Origin: Eledone cirrhosa
Lineage: Eukaryota
Direction of reading: 5' to 3'
DNA: 64,000 nucleotides
NCBI GenBank assembly: GCA_964016885.1
Contig: OZ024741.1
Span: forward strand, 140,368,001 to 140,432,000
Within the stretch, counting starts at the first letter, position 1. Every line of letters starts with the position of its first letter. Under the pieces are notes generated by a model. It did not search any database. It was given only the letters and a program-made list of their open reading frames with translations, and was not told the origin of the DNA. Shown here in pieces: positions 38,854 through 50,817 of this stretch. Both the position numbers and the translations under genes were made by a program.

Positions 38854-40548
38854 CTTAGCTACTGGTGTGGCCATCTCCATATTATATGGTGTGTTATACC
38901 ATATAATGCGTCGGGATCTATTTTTCCTAGGTCTATTCTCGTACTCTGTATATGCTACATTATCAACAAATCCACCCCGAGCAAGAGCTTCATTGTAATA
39001 TGTGGAATAGTCGTTGAAAATATCCTCGTTTGTAGATAGTCGGGAAAGCCTCAAAGAAACGTTTCTTACCAGGTTCTTGGTCATGCTGGCAGGATGGTTA
39101 GAATGCTTACTTATGTAATTAAGCGTATCATTCGGCTTTCTATACGGGTAGTGCAAGCCATTCGATAAATTGAGGGTAACGTCGAGCTAATTAACGACCG
39201 AGAGGTTGGCCTCAACCTGTATATAGAGGTTGAAGCCTTTAAAGAAGGCTTTGAGTCCTTTTCTGAACCAGTCGCAATCACGTGGGCCGCACATTGTCAT
39301 GGTCAAAAGACCGTCATCACGGTACAAACCACCGCCCACGTTGGGGAATTCTTCCTTGATAGAGAAAAGAAGGAAAATGCCGATAAGATCAGTAACCTCC
39401 GCAGAATCGTTGGCGCCCATACTCACGTCGAACGGAGTACTATTTGTTAATCCAAATAGAGTCGTCGAAATTAATCACCGACTTACGGGCATTGAGGATG
39501 ACGTCAACTTCGAAATCCTTAACCACTGTGAATGTTTTAGCGAAATTGATAGCTCTAAGAAGAAGTAGTAAAGTGATGGAGGAGTTGTAATTATAGATGT
39601 CGAATTGGATAAAACGGCAATGTTCTTTGTTGCATATGCCGTTGAACCAATCAATCACGCGAAAGAATTGTTCCAGAGTACAAGAGGGGCCAAGCTTCTA
39701 ATTTCAGGTATAATTCCATCTAAAATCCTTTTACTAAGTTTACCTAAATCGGACTTCGTAGGGTTAATAACCTGAATAGAGGGGTTGTTGGGGAAATTGG
39801 ATTTGTGATCCTTCAGGGTAAAGTGGGGAGAAATAGGGTCCTGGATGTTGCGATCAGAGGTGATTTTAAAGCCAGCGTCGTTGATCTCATTAATGAGGCT
39901 CCGATTAGTTTTACGGTAATCCTTAGTTGCAGCATTATGTAGCAGTTCATGGTAAGTACTGCGTTCCACTTGATATAGATTGCCAGAGTAGGCGGAGTGG
40001 ACGTGCACGGCATTAGAATCCTTAATAGAACGAATTCTATTCTTCAGGTCCGGCTGGAAGGAATTTCTCCTATTCCGAAATTTGATATTCCGTATGAGTT
40101 CTAAGACATCATTTTCGATGGGTAGCAATGCTGGGTTACTCCGAGGGTTATTATAGGTTTTAAACCCGAATTTATCCTGTTTGATGTCTGCTTTTCCCTG
40201 ATTATCGAAATAAAAGGCACACCAACGCAACCTTTTAATGAGCACGTCTGTTTTCTGTATCAGGAGTGTTAGGTATGTTTTCCTGCTTGGTACGGGTATG
40301 TTCTTTGTAGAAATATTCAGTTGTTGTTTCTGCATGATGAATATAAGTCAGGCTCCACATAATGACGTATTATCTTCGTTTTTTCCGTTCATAGCCAGAA
40401 AACGTCTCCATGAACCACCTAATAGAATATTAGTCTACGATTTCATTTATACCATAAACTTGGTTTTGTTTTTGCGTGTAATTGTTTTGTAATTCTTTGC
40501 TTAAACTTTAATCTGTTATTTTAATATATATATATATATATATATATA

Positions 40549-40680
40549 CGTTATTCCGGGTTGAATCGGAGGTAACCACAGTAAGTAAGGTACTCAATAC
40601 ATAGCAGAGTATAAAGGTTTTCATATAGATGAGATTCTACAGGACTAGAACTGTTTCATTCTTCAGAAATCATCAGGAAA
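40549..40680 (-). mobile_element. Pseudo-LTR end of a second Penelope-like family with a partial hammerhead
   Basis: Minus strand CTGATGA-tttc-tgaa-gaat-GAAA-cagttcta-GTC; stem I partner missing; shares gtactcaatac with the 40907 pseudo-LTR. Confidence 0.5.
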
Positions 40681-40694
40681 AAAGGAAAAAAGAT

Positions 40695-40872
40695 GTAATC
40701 GAAAATTCAACTCGAGTCTTTAAATATATATTTACTTGGTTCCTTTACCAGTTTCGCATTTCTTCTGCTTTTCAAAAGTAGAATTGAGATGGAGGGTCTG
40801 TGGTTTTTCTCACATCAGGTTGGTCTTTGAATGTTACTTCTGTTTTATATGGAAAAAAGTGGCTCGAAATGC
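40695..40872 (+). repeat. Dispersed repeat, inverted copy at about 60630-60815
   Basis: Both translate to PVS.F.CFSK.ELRWRVCGFSHI; nucleotide similarity is visible by eye. Confidence 0.85.
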
Positions 40873-41132
40873 CAAGTATATATATACATATATATATATA
40901 TATAACGAAGGAATTGTGGTAAGGAACCAGATGGACCATAACGCACCAACGTACTCAATACTTAGGGTAGTAGAGAAATATTAATATATATTTGCTCTAC
41001 AGTTCTTATATATTTCATATATATTTAACCTTATCGAGCCCTCTTTGAATTTTAGTCTTCAAATTTATTATTATTACTATATATTTTATTATTACTATAT
41101 ATATTATTATTAAAATATATACTATATATATA

Positions 41133-41184
<52 letters not shown>

Positions 41185-41339
41185 TACGTATATATAATCA
41201 TACATATGCAAATGTCCACGTAGACACACACACACATGTATATACATACATACATACATACATACATACATACATACATACATACATACATACATACATA
41301 CATACATACATACATACATACATACATACATACATACAT

Positions 41340-41712
41340 GGTGGCTGCCAACTCATTTACGAGTACGGCCACCACCTTATATCCATGTAGGAGAACCTCT
41401 ACCGATGCGCTGAACGAGTGTGACTTTTTAGTCCAGCCAGCGACTTGAAAACTCTGGTACAAACACTACACTTGTGACAATCATTGACACATAGTGCTGG
41501 GCTCATGGTACCATGTGACGACAAGTGCAGAGATATCTCCAGATATAAAGCAATGCCTATGCCGTGAAGCTTTTATAGTGAGCAAAGGCACTGCACAAAG
41601 CCAGTCCCACTCTCTTAACCAAGATGATATTTACCAAAAAGAAGAACAAGTCAACATCATTGGATACCATCAGGGTTGCAGGTGTTATATCAGAGTTTTC
41701 CTTCTCCTAGAA
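41340..41712 (-). mobile_element. RTE-derived fragment inside a (TACA)n tract
   Basis: Starts on the minus strand with CTAGGAGAAGGAAAACTCTGA; (TACA)n on both sides. Confidence 0.5.
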
Positions 41713-41776
41713 TTAATGCATACATACATACATGCATACATACATACATACATACATACATACATACATACATACA

Positions 41777-41807
<31 letters not shown>

Positions 41808-42538
41808 TGCTATATTTGGGGATGGCCATGCTGTCAAAATTGCCAGAAAAACGAAACAAAATATTTGATTTTCACCTCAGCTTTATTTTCATTTATTTGT
41901 GAGTTCGTCACACATTTTGAGACAAACTCAGCGGCTATTGGTGTTTCTCTGTACGGATTCTTCTTTCTAATCTTACTTTGTTTAATTTATCTTGGAAAGA
42001 AAGAAGGAAATATAAATAGCCATTGCGTCCTCCAACTTCCATTTTTATATTCATTTTAAACTTTTCATAACACTATCTCATCTGTCTATACGTATATTCT
42101 CTGATAGGATGCAATAATGTATCGTTATAGAAAAAGTTGTTCTATGTATATTCCTGCTTTGAAACTAAATTATTGAGATATTTTAGGTTAATTTACAAGT
42201 TTGTCTAAATTCTTTAATATACTTAACGTAAATGGAAATCTAAAGATTGGTACTGCTTTTCGTTCTCACTTGAACAATGCATTGGTTTGTATGGACAGGT
42301 TTCACAGAAATCTAGAGGAAAATATATGGAAAAATGATATCCGAAATTGACGTTAGCTATAAATATATACTTTGCTAATTACACATAAACACACTTCCAT
42401 AATTATAATGAAGAGAAATGGTGTTGTTAAGTTCATGGTGTTGAATAGAACTCCTTTTCAGAATATAATTTGAAGAACACATGTTCAAGAAACTTATCCA
42501 TTGCTAGCGTGTAAATTAATGTAACATAATAATGTTAC

Positions 42539-42602
<64 letters not shown>

Positions 42603-42611
42603 CTGTATGTG

Positions 42612-42724
<113 letters not shown>

Positions 42725-42728
42725 ATAT

Positions 42729-42773
<45 letters not shown>

Positions 42774-42880
42774 AAATTACGTCATTTAGGAGACGTAAGT
42801 TTTCTCAACGAAAGGATTTGTGTTAATTTCTCTTCTCACTTATCACTCCTTTTATTTGTATTGCTTTTTTAATTTCTCAT

Positions 42881-42925
42881 TCTATTTTCTGATGAAGGAA
42901 CAGTGTCCGAAACAACACGTTTCCT
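42881..42925 (+). ncRNA. Partial hammerhead core
   Basis: CTGATGA-A-gga-acagtg-tcc-GAAAC; stem I partner not evident. Confidence 0.4.
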
Positions 42926-43010
42926 AAATCAAGCGTTAACCTAATACGTTTCTTCATTCCACTAAATTGTTTGCTTTGTTTTTGCCGTTTTAACACACAC
43001 ACACACACAT

Positions 43011-43108
<98 letters not shown>

Positions 43109-43119
43109 ATATATATATA

Positions 43120-43177
<58 letters not shown>

Positions 43178-43180
43178 TAT

Positions 43181-43396
43181 CCGAATGTGGGTGACTACTC
43201 CATTCAATGGAAAGCCATCACTTAGTCCAACCCATACGCAAGGGGCAATCCGTCGTGTGGACTATGTATTGATGAATGATTAAATATTCTAAAGAAATTA
43301 CGCAATAGTGATTGCCTAAACACGAGACATGATTTCTTCACACGTTGTCCACACGCCCAGAAATACCTCTTACATGACTACAAAGCTCCGGATTGA
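43181..43396 (+). pseudogene. C-terminus of a Penelope-like (Naiad-type) GIY-YIG endonuclease
   Basis: Manual translation [50 protein letters not shown] fits the pattern Y.I.W..Y..C.LC..EK..LN.R.E..C.H..K..L. Confidence 0.75.
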
Positions 43397-43811
43397 ATTA
43401 CAACAACATCCTAATTTTCTTATCAACTAGAAACTTTCGGATTTTCTCAGTTATCTCCCTTACACCTCTCGAACGCAATTTAGTATTGCCTCTGTGAAAC
43501 GATCGTTTCTGCGCATGCGCGTTCGTACGGTGATCCTTCCTGTTCCGTAAAACCATGTCCATTACGAGTTGAGGTGAAACAATTGTTCTTGGTATGGTGA
43601 ACTAACTGGCAGCGATAATGAGAGACAGAGACCGCTGGAGAGAACTCGTCCATGGATCTCGGGAATTTTACCCGCCTTAGATATATATATATATATGTAT
43701 AGACATTTCGTATCTCCAAATAACTACGGTGTTAGGAAGCCGTAGCTATGCAAAATCCGGGGGGGGGGCGGCTAATGCCCTCTGGTGATGTCCAGCAGAA
43801 GCAAGGAAGAC

Positions 43812-43857
43812 AACCGTCTATGCATTGCAGGATTAACTGGCCTTCGTCAGGACGATC
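43812..43857 (-). ncRNA. Minimal hammerhead, GAAA changed to GCAA
   Basis: gatcgtc-CTGACGA-aggc-cagttaa-tcct-GCAA-tgca-TA-gacggtt. Confidence 0.7.
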
Positions 43858-44048
43858 CCTCCCACCACTTGCGACCGCTGGTCTAGAAGACAGCCGAGTT
43901 GAAGCGAAATCTTATTTCTTTTTTATTATAAGTTGAGCCAACTTATGCAGCTTCATATGCAAATGAGATTAATCACCTCATTTACACAGACGAGAAAAGT
44001 ATATATTCTCGGCTGTCTTCTAGTCTAGCAGTCGCAAGCGGTGGGAGG

Positions 44049-44094
44049 GATCGTCCTGAGGAAGGCCAGTTAAGCCTGAAATGCATAGTCGGTT
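44049..44094 (+). ncRNA. Minimal hammerhead, intact core
   Basis: gatcgtc-CTGAGGA-aggc-cagttaa-gcct-GAAA-tgca-TA-gtcggtt; palindromic stem III ATGCAT; one stem I mismatch. Confidence 0.82.
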
Positions 44095-44289
44095 GGCCCC
44101 TTCGCTTCTGCTGGACATCACCAGAGGGCTCTAGCCCCCCATAATAAGATTTCGCTTCAAGCAGAGCTTTATACAATATGTATAGAAATTTCGTATCTCC
44201 AAAGAAATACGGTTTTAGAAATACGTAACAATGCAAACACCCTGGGGGGCTAGAGCCCTCTGGTGATGTCGAGCAGAAGCGAAGGGGCC

Positions 44290-44335
44290 AACCGTCTATG
44301 CATTTCAGGCTTAACTGGCTTTTGTCAGGACGATC
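44290..44335 (-). ncRNA. Minimal hammerhead, core CTGACAA (G8 mutated)
   Basis: gatcgtc-CTGACAA-aagc-cagttaa-gcct-GAAA-tgca-TA-gacggtt. Confidence 0.7.
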
Positions 44336-44526
44336 CCTCCCACCGCTTGCGACTGCTAGACTAGAAGACAGCCGAGAATATATACTTTTCTCGTCTGTGT
44401 AAATGAGGTGATTAATCTCATTTGCATATGAAGCTGCATAAATTGGCTCAACTTATAATAGAAAAGAAATAAGATTTCGCTTCAACTCGGCTGTCTTCTA
44501 GACCAGCGGTCGCAAGTGGTGGGAGG

Positions 44527-44572
44527 GATCGTCCTGACGAAGGCCAGTTAATCCTGCAATGCATAGACGGTT
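44527..44572 (+). ncRNA. Minimal hammerhead, GAAA changed to GCAA
   Basis: Identical to the 43812 copy in the opposite orientation. Confidence 0.7.
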
Positions 44573-44719
44573 GTCTTCCTTGCTTCTGCTGGACATCACC
44601 AGAGGGCTCTATCCCCCAGGGTGTTTGCATTGTTACGGCTTTCTAAAACCGTATTCCTTTGGAGATACGACATTTCTATACATATTGTCTAAAGCTCTGC
44701 TTGAAGCGAAATCTTATTT

Positions 44720-44804
<85 letters not shown>

Positions 44805-47800
44805 TCGAATATATATTCGGTCGTGTCCTTTATGCGGGTGGGGGGAGCTATGAGAAATAAGTTCAAAAAATATGTAGAATTAATTAATCACATTTGTTGG
44901 AGTGACAGAATTTGTGAAACTCCGTATAATGAAAGTTGCAGGTGTGTTAAGTGGATATAGGCTACAAAGTATTGCCAGAATAATGTGACGATGTATCACC
45001 AGTTGTTCTTATGTTGCACTTGAATGCAATCGAAGTGAAATTATACTTCATAACGTCATAATGAAAACTTCGTAGGGTATTGAAATTGGAATACGTACAA
45101 AAGAAAATCAACATTTCGTTTAAGCGAATACTTTATTCATTATCTACGAATGAAGTCTCACTTTTATCTCTCCTTCTATAACAGGACTTATCGTGAAATC
45201 TAAGTTCCTTTGAAGATTGGTAATACAAATGAATTTTGTTTATATGGGAACTAAATGACACACACGGCGGGAACCTGATCTCAATTTCAATAATGGAAAA
45301 AATTGAGAGAAAATAGTTCAATGGAAAATGCTGAAAATAATGAGACGTAGCTGGCGGCTTCATTTTCCATTATTGTATCTCAGTATTAGGTATTTATTTG
45401 TAGTTGTTTCAGCCACCTCATGTTACCACCGTTCATGTTGGATAAGGATTAACACTACATTTACGGAAGTCGCTTTCCCTCCTTTTTAATGGTGGCAACG
45501 CGTGACTCAATTAGGTTTTAATTGTTATTTATCAAAATTCAACAAAACACAAATATGTTTCTCTACTATATCTAAGTCTACGTGAAGAACATTTACTTTG
45601 TGTTATTTAAATCACTGGCTCAGCAGCCATGTTGATGGGCACTGAATATCCAGTCGTGAGGTCAGGAGTTTGTATCATGACATCAGAATTGCGCTGAATT
45701 TGACATGTAATGCACAGCAAACGAGGATTCGACTTAAACGTTTGTTAAGATATATATTAGTTAGAACTAGAAACAACCTAAGCACGATCGTGTTGGTATA
45801 TATATTTGGTTTGCTCTGTATGAGTTCAGATCCTCCGGCGTGGAAACTTAGCTGCTGTAAACAATGTGATATCGAAATATATATTCGTTTATGGTCCGTC
45901 TTTGCTGCAGCACAAGTGAGGAAAGAATCGGATTAATGAATTACGAAGCTCCCTCTAGGAAAACACTGACAATAAGACATATATGATATTCTATTAATTA
46001 ATTAGTAATCACACATTACAGAATATTTATTTACGAGTAAAATATATCCGTACTACGCACTACTTACTACAGCCACGCGAGTACGTTCAGAAATATGAAA
46101 AACTCATATTCATGTCATTTAAAATCATGATATCATCAGTAAATTATCAATAAATTCATTTAAATACTATGCTTATGTATATGGTGTTAATGCTACACAC
46201 ATATATTAGATAATATATGGATAAAGTTCTAAGTATCTTGGATGATCATTACATTTGCAATTATTTATTAAAAGATGTACATACACGGTAAAAGATATTC
46301 ACAACTATAATCATATAGTATATTATAATCATAACAAAGGAGTATTAGTATATTACGCAGTGGAATTATAATAAACCGATATTACAATAGATATTGCAAT
46401 TATACTCGTCATATATTGTATTAGATTTAACAATCACAATCTGGCGATAAATCATTTCATATTATAAGGCACCGGTGATATTGCATAATATATTAATTAT
46501 ATCTACAATATATTAGAAATTAATCACATTGAGAGTATATTACGTTGGCTATCGCAATAAACATTGATTGGTTGAAGGCAGTATAACGCTACTGGTCAGT
46601 ATTTTCTTGTCAAGGAATATCTTTGCTAAAGTCCTCCGTGGTAATGTTTTGTTGAGAATAAAATAAGACCTCCAATTTTAGTTAATACCTATCGAGTATA
46701 AAAATGCATATTGTTAAAAATATATTTGAAATAAGATAACATACATATAGTTACGGTAGGATATTAAATAATATATACATTAGATAATTTCATTACAATC
46801 TAATTATTTTTATTATAACAATACATTATAAACTAGGGGGCGGGGGGTGAATTATTAAGTTTTAAAATAGATACCAGTAACATTTTTGATATTTTAATTT
46901 TCAACATTCTGCAGGAATTTAGGAGAAACTTTTAAAATATGAAAAATAACAGTTGTTTTTAATTCAAATATTATAGTATCTTTATTGCTGGTAAGACTAT
47001 TATCAAACTTTGCTGTATTAATTTGGATATTCCAGAAATTTCTAATATAGTTTGATGCACTGCAGGGCATTAAGGTTTAGATTGTGTGAACTGAAGAACC
47101 TTATTTGAACAAATCTAATTCTTCAAATCTTGAATATAAAACGTATAATAGCATGTTTAGTGAGCTCTTTAATTTAAGCTGAAATTTAATGTAGATATGC
47201 CTAAAATTAATTAGCGTCTGCTAGAGTCTGTGTATTCCTATTGGCTGATCTAATTTCTTGATATGTCTGTTATACGCTCATTAATATGATAGTCACATTT
47301 CAACTGATCTTCTTCAATACATTAAGCTTTATGTCTCGTACAGACGCCGTTATCACTGAGGGGGTAGTGGCATTTGAAATGATACCAAGAATATCTAATA
47401 TATAATCTCCAAGATTAATTCTCAACAATCTAGTTGTGAACAGGGATGGACAGAATTGTAGAATCAAACAAAGGAAGACTTTGTGGCGGAGGTTTAAAGT
47501 AGTTATTGTTTCATTGTGTGCAAGTATGAGTATAAGGCATCGTAATATATGGATGGTAAAATGAATAGTGAATTTAGACGAGAATAGTTTGTTGAAGAAT
47601 ATGAATATACATGAGGCTAGTTTGTTGTAAAGGACGAATATTAATGAGTAAAAATTAATACACAGTGAATACAAATATATAAATAATGTTACAGTGTGTC
47701 AAACAAACAAGAATTTAGTGAAACTGGAGGTGAAGTTAAACAGTAATTATATTGAATATCAGATTCCGTTAAAGAAGTAAACGTTGTAAATAAAGACCGG

Positions 47801-48276
47801 GGAGATATTAGAATGTATAAATATCAAACGATGGCGTATCTAAAGTGGTGTCAAAAACTAGCATAATCTATAATTGCAGTATTATTTAAACTCGATATTT
47901 CAAATATTCGAAAGTCTGTGGATGGAAGTTTATTAGCATATATATCCATGTGGTTTATTGAAATGGGTGTACGACTTACGATTTAAGTATTTTGAGTTCA
48001 ATTGCCCGTGGCACGTTGTGTATTTGGAAGGTCAGTACGTCATATCGTTCCAGCTACTCAAATAGGACAATGCGTTGAACCTGTAATTCAAGAAACCAGG
48101 AATGTTGCACTCTATACCATGCCGAATCTCCTGGTGAGCTACATGTGTATGTGGAATGGACAGCCACTTGTACATTAATTTCCCCTAAACGCTGATCTAT
48201 ATATTCTTTATACAACAGGAAGATTCGCCGTCGCCAGCGACGGTGGTCCAGCAACAAGATAGAAACACTCATCTAC

Positions 48277-48445
48277 TTATATATATAACCAGCAATTTCT
48301 CTGTCTGTCTGTCCGACAGTGGAAACACGTGCGTAGAGAGAGAATGAGAGTGAAAGAAAGAGACAGACTACGAGAGGTGGATAGCGGGAGGGAGAGAGGG
48401 AGAGAGAGAGAGTGAATAGACGCTAAAACACGTGCTACAGAAACA
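48277..48445. repeat. Local duplicate of the repeat at 49290-49590
   Basis: tatataaccagcaatttctctgtctgtccgacagtggaaacacgt..gagagtgaaagaaagagacagactacgaga.. occurs at both sites; the second has an internal ~120-bp tandem duplication. Confidence 0.85.
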
Positions 48446-49582
48446 TTACCTTCCCCTCTCCACTGACTTTGGTCACTGAGGCCGAGGGAATCGCTGGTTG
48501 CTATGGAGACACCTTGCACAAGCCAGAAGTAACCAGTTCGAGGCGGTTCTGACTTGACTCCATGCGAAGAAGGTTGCCATTGAATTTGTGGTTGTTGCTG
48601 CTGATAATAAGGACCATTTGAAGAAGATTGCTGCTGATGTGGTTATTTATTAATCAGATTGCGCAGTTCCATAACCTACGTTTGATTTGTTCAATTTTTT
48701 TCTTCAATTTTTTTTGTTGTTTTTTTTTATTTCATATTGAAAAAATATAAATAATAAAATAAGGTTAGAAATTTAAATACAATTAAATACGATTTAATTT
48801 CCATTTCCAGCAGCCAATGGCCATTGTTCAATTTCAAGAAAAAATTGGAAATAATTAAAAAAATTGAAGTTTAACTTTTGAACATTTGTTTTGACAATAA
48901 AAAAATATTTCCTTATTCACACCTAATGGTATGATTAAAATTTCATAGGAATATTTTTTTCTAACCGCCAGTTATTTAAATATTATTAAAAATAATTTTT
49001 TTTTTTAAAAGAATGGAAGATTTTGTGGATTTTTTTACCACCTTCCAAGCCTTAAACACTAATTCTCGCGAATTTGTGTTTTGTAATGACCCTCAGGACG
49101 CTGCTATTGTTGATTCCAATAGTGCCTGGTATTCGAATATGTTAGTATACAATTTTTTGAATAAAATTAAGGCGCAATTAGAGCTGCCAAACAAAATTTG
49201 TTTCGGCTTCGGCCCATATTATATATATATATAATGGGAATGATGATGATGATGATATACATAGTTACATATGTATATGTAATCTCTTTATAATATATAA
49301 CCAGCAATTTCTCTGTCTGTCCGACAGTGGAAACACGTCCGCGCGTGCGAATGTTTTTTGCGCACGCGTAGAGAGAGAGTGAGCGTGAAAGAAAGAGACA
49401 GACTACGAGAGGGGGATAGCGGGAGGGAGAGAGGGAGAGAGAGAATGTGAATAGACGCTAAAACACGTGCGCGTGTGCGAATGTTTTTTGCGCACGCGTA
49501 GATAGAGAGTGAGAGTGAAAGAAAGAGACAGTCTATAAGAGGGGGATAGCGGGAGGGAGAGAGGGGGGAATTGAGGAGTGCT

Positions 49583-49688
49583 ACAGAAACATATATACAT
49601 TTCTGTGTGTGTGTAATATATATATATATACACACACAGAAATATATATATATACAAACAGAAATATATATACGTTTCTGTGTGTGTA

Positions 49689-49719
<31 letters not shown>

Positions 49720-49862
49720 GAAATATATATACATTTCTGTGTGTGTAATATATATATATATATATACACACAGAAACATATATACATTTCTGTGTGTGTA
49801 ATATATATATATATACACACAGAAATATATATACATTTCTGTGTGTGTAATATATATATATA
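49583..49862. repeat. Minisatellite of self-complementary ~55-65-bp units
   Basis: (TA)n-cacacagaaatatatatacatttctgtgtgtg-, about 5 units. Confidence 0.9.
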
Positions 49863-49899
49863 CTAGCAGAAAACCATCCAACAGGTGGTTTTCTGCTAG

Positions 49900-50817
49900 T
49901 CTATATATATAAAACTGAGGATGTCATTCTGTGTGTGTGTGAGTTTGAATCCCTTACACTCGAGAACCACCCAACCGACTGTTTTCAAACTTTACACATA
50001 TAATACTTATGTTTCAGGGAGTGTTCTGAGCAAACAAAATCTCTAATTTCCAAAGCCCTAGGGATCACATTAGTCGATTTAGCGATCTCTCTATATAATT
50101 CTTAGTCTTTCTCTTTTTAAATAGAAACATACATATAACGTCGCACCCTTATAATATCTGTCTGCATTACGTCACTTCCCTGAGGATGTCTGTATATGCG
50201 CGCGTGCGTGCGTGTGTGTGTGTCTGTGAGTTTGAATCCGTAAAACTCGAGAGGTACCCAACGGACTATTTTCAAAATTTACATGTGTATTACTTATGTT
50301 TCAGGGAGTGTTATGCATATAAGAAAATTCAACTTTTTAATCTCCTAGAGCCCGCATTAGTTGAAAAGCTGCGTTTTTTCAGGTTTTTAGGGATTTTTTT
50401 AGTCGTTACGTCAGACTGACTTCCTTGAAATTGTAACTATGTATTACTTAGTCTCTTCTTCATACCGTAAGCAAAGAAAATCCAACTTTGTTATGGCTAG
50501 GGCACGCATTAGGTGAAAAACTTCATTTTTTCAGCTTTTTAGGGTTCTTTTGAGGCGTTACGTCTAGCCGATTTTTCCAAAATTTCAAGGCATATTATGC
50601 ACATAAAAGAAATTCATTTTCTTGATCCCCTAGCGCCCGCATTAGGTGAAAACCCGAATTTTTCCTGCTTCATTGAGGAAAATCTTAAAGATTATCCAGC
50701 TATTCGGTTTATATTCTTTACATATTGTCCACCGTTGCAGTTTTTCCACGATTAGGTCTGTTGGCAGCCCGCGTTCCAAAATACCTTATCCCGTGCAACG
50801 CCGGGTACCACTGTTCG
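49900..50817 (+). mobile_element. Non-autonomous Helitron
   Basis: 5' TCTATATATATAAAACTGAGGATGT (as at 22796); internal diverged repeats; 3' cccgtgcaacgccgggta hairpin with a decayed CTAG (TTCG). Confidence 0.8.

Larger units (their letters stand above)
43690..44720. repeat. Nested inverted-repeat array of four hammerhead-bearing units
   Basis: A ~130-bp core occurs four times in alternating orientation; block 43775-44140 is the reverse complement of 44245-44618. Confidence 0.93.

Noticed and set aside
39655-39657. TGA as selenocysteine in the Penelope-like RT
   Set aside because: The homologous sequence continues in another frame (VIDWF), so this is a frameshift.
43775-44290. Second, opposite-polarity hammerhead in each unit (ctggtga..gaag)
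   Set aside because: Both core boxes deviate and no convincing stems II/III form.
43748-44630. Repeated PSGDVQQK..NWPSSGRSLPP peptide family
   Set aside because: Antisense reading of the hammerhead repeat unit; conservation is explained by RNA structure and recent duplication.
46560-47950. Possible ancient coding remnant (ORF 47300-47674)
   Set aside because: No identifiable motif; would need a translated search.
49583-49862. CRISPR-like array of palindromic repeats
   Set aside because: Spacers are only (TA)n, the context is eukaryotic and no cas genes are present.
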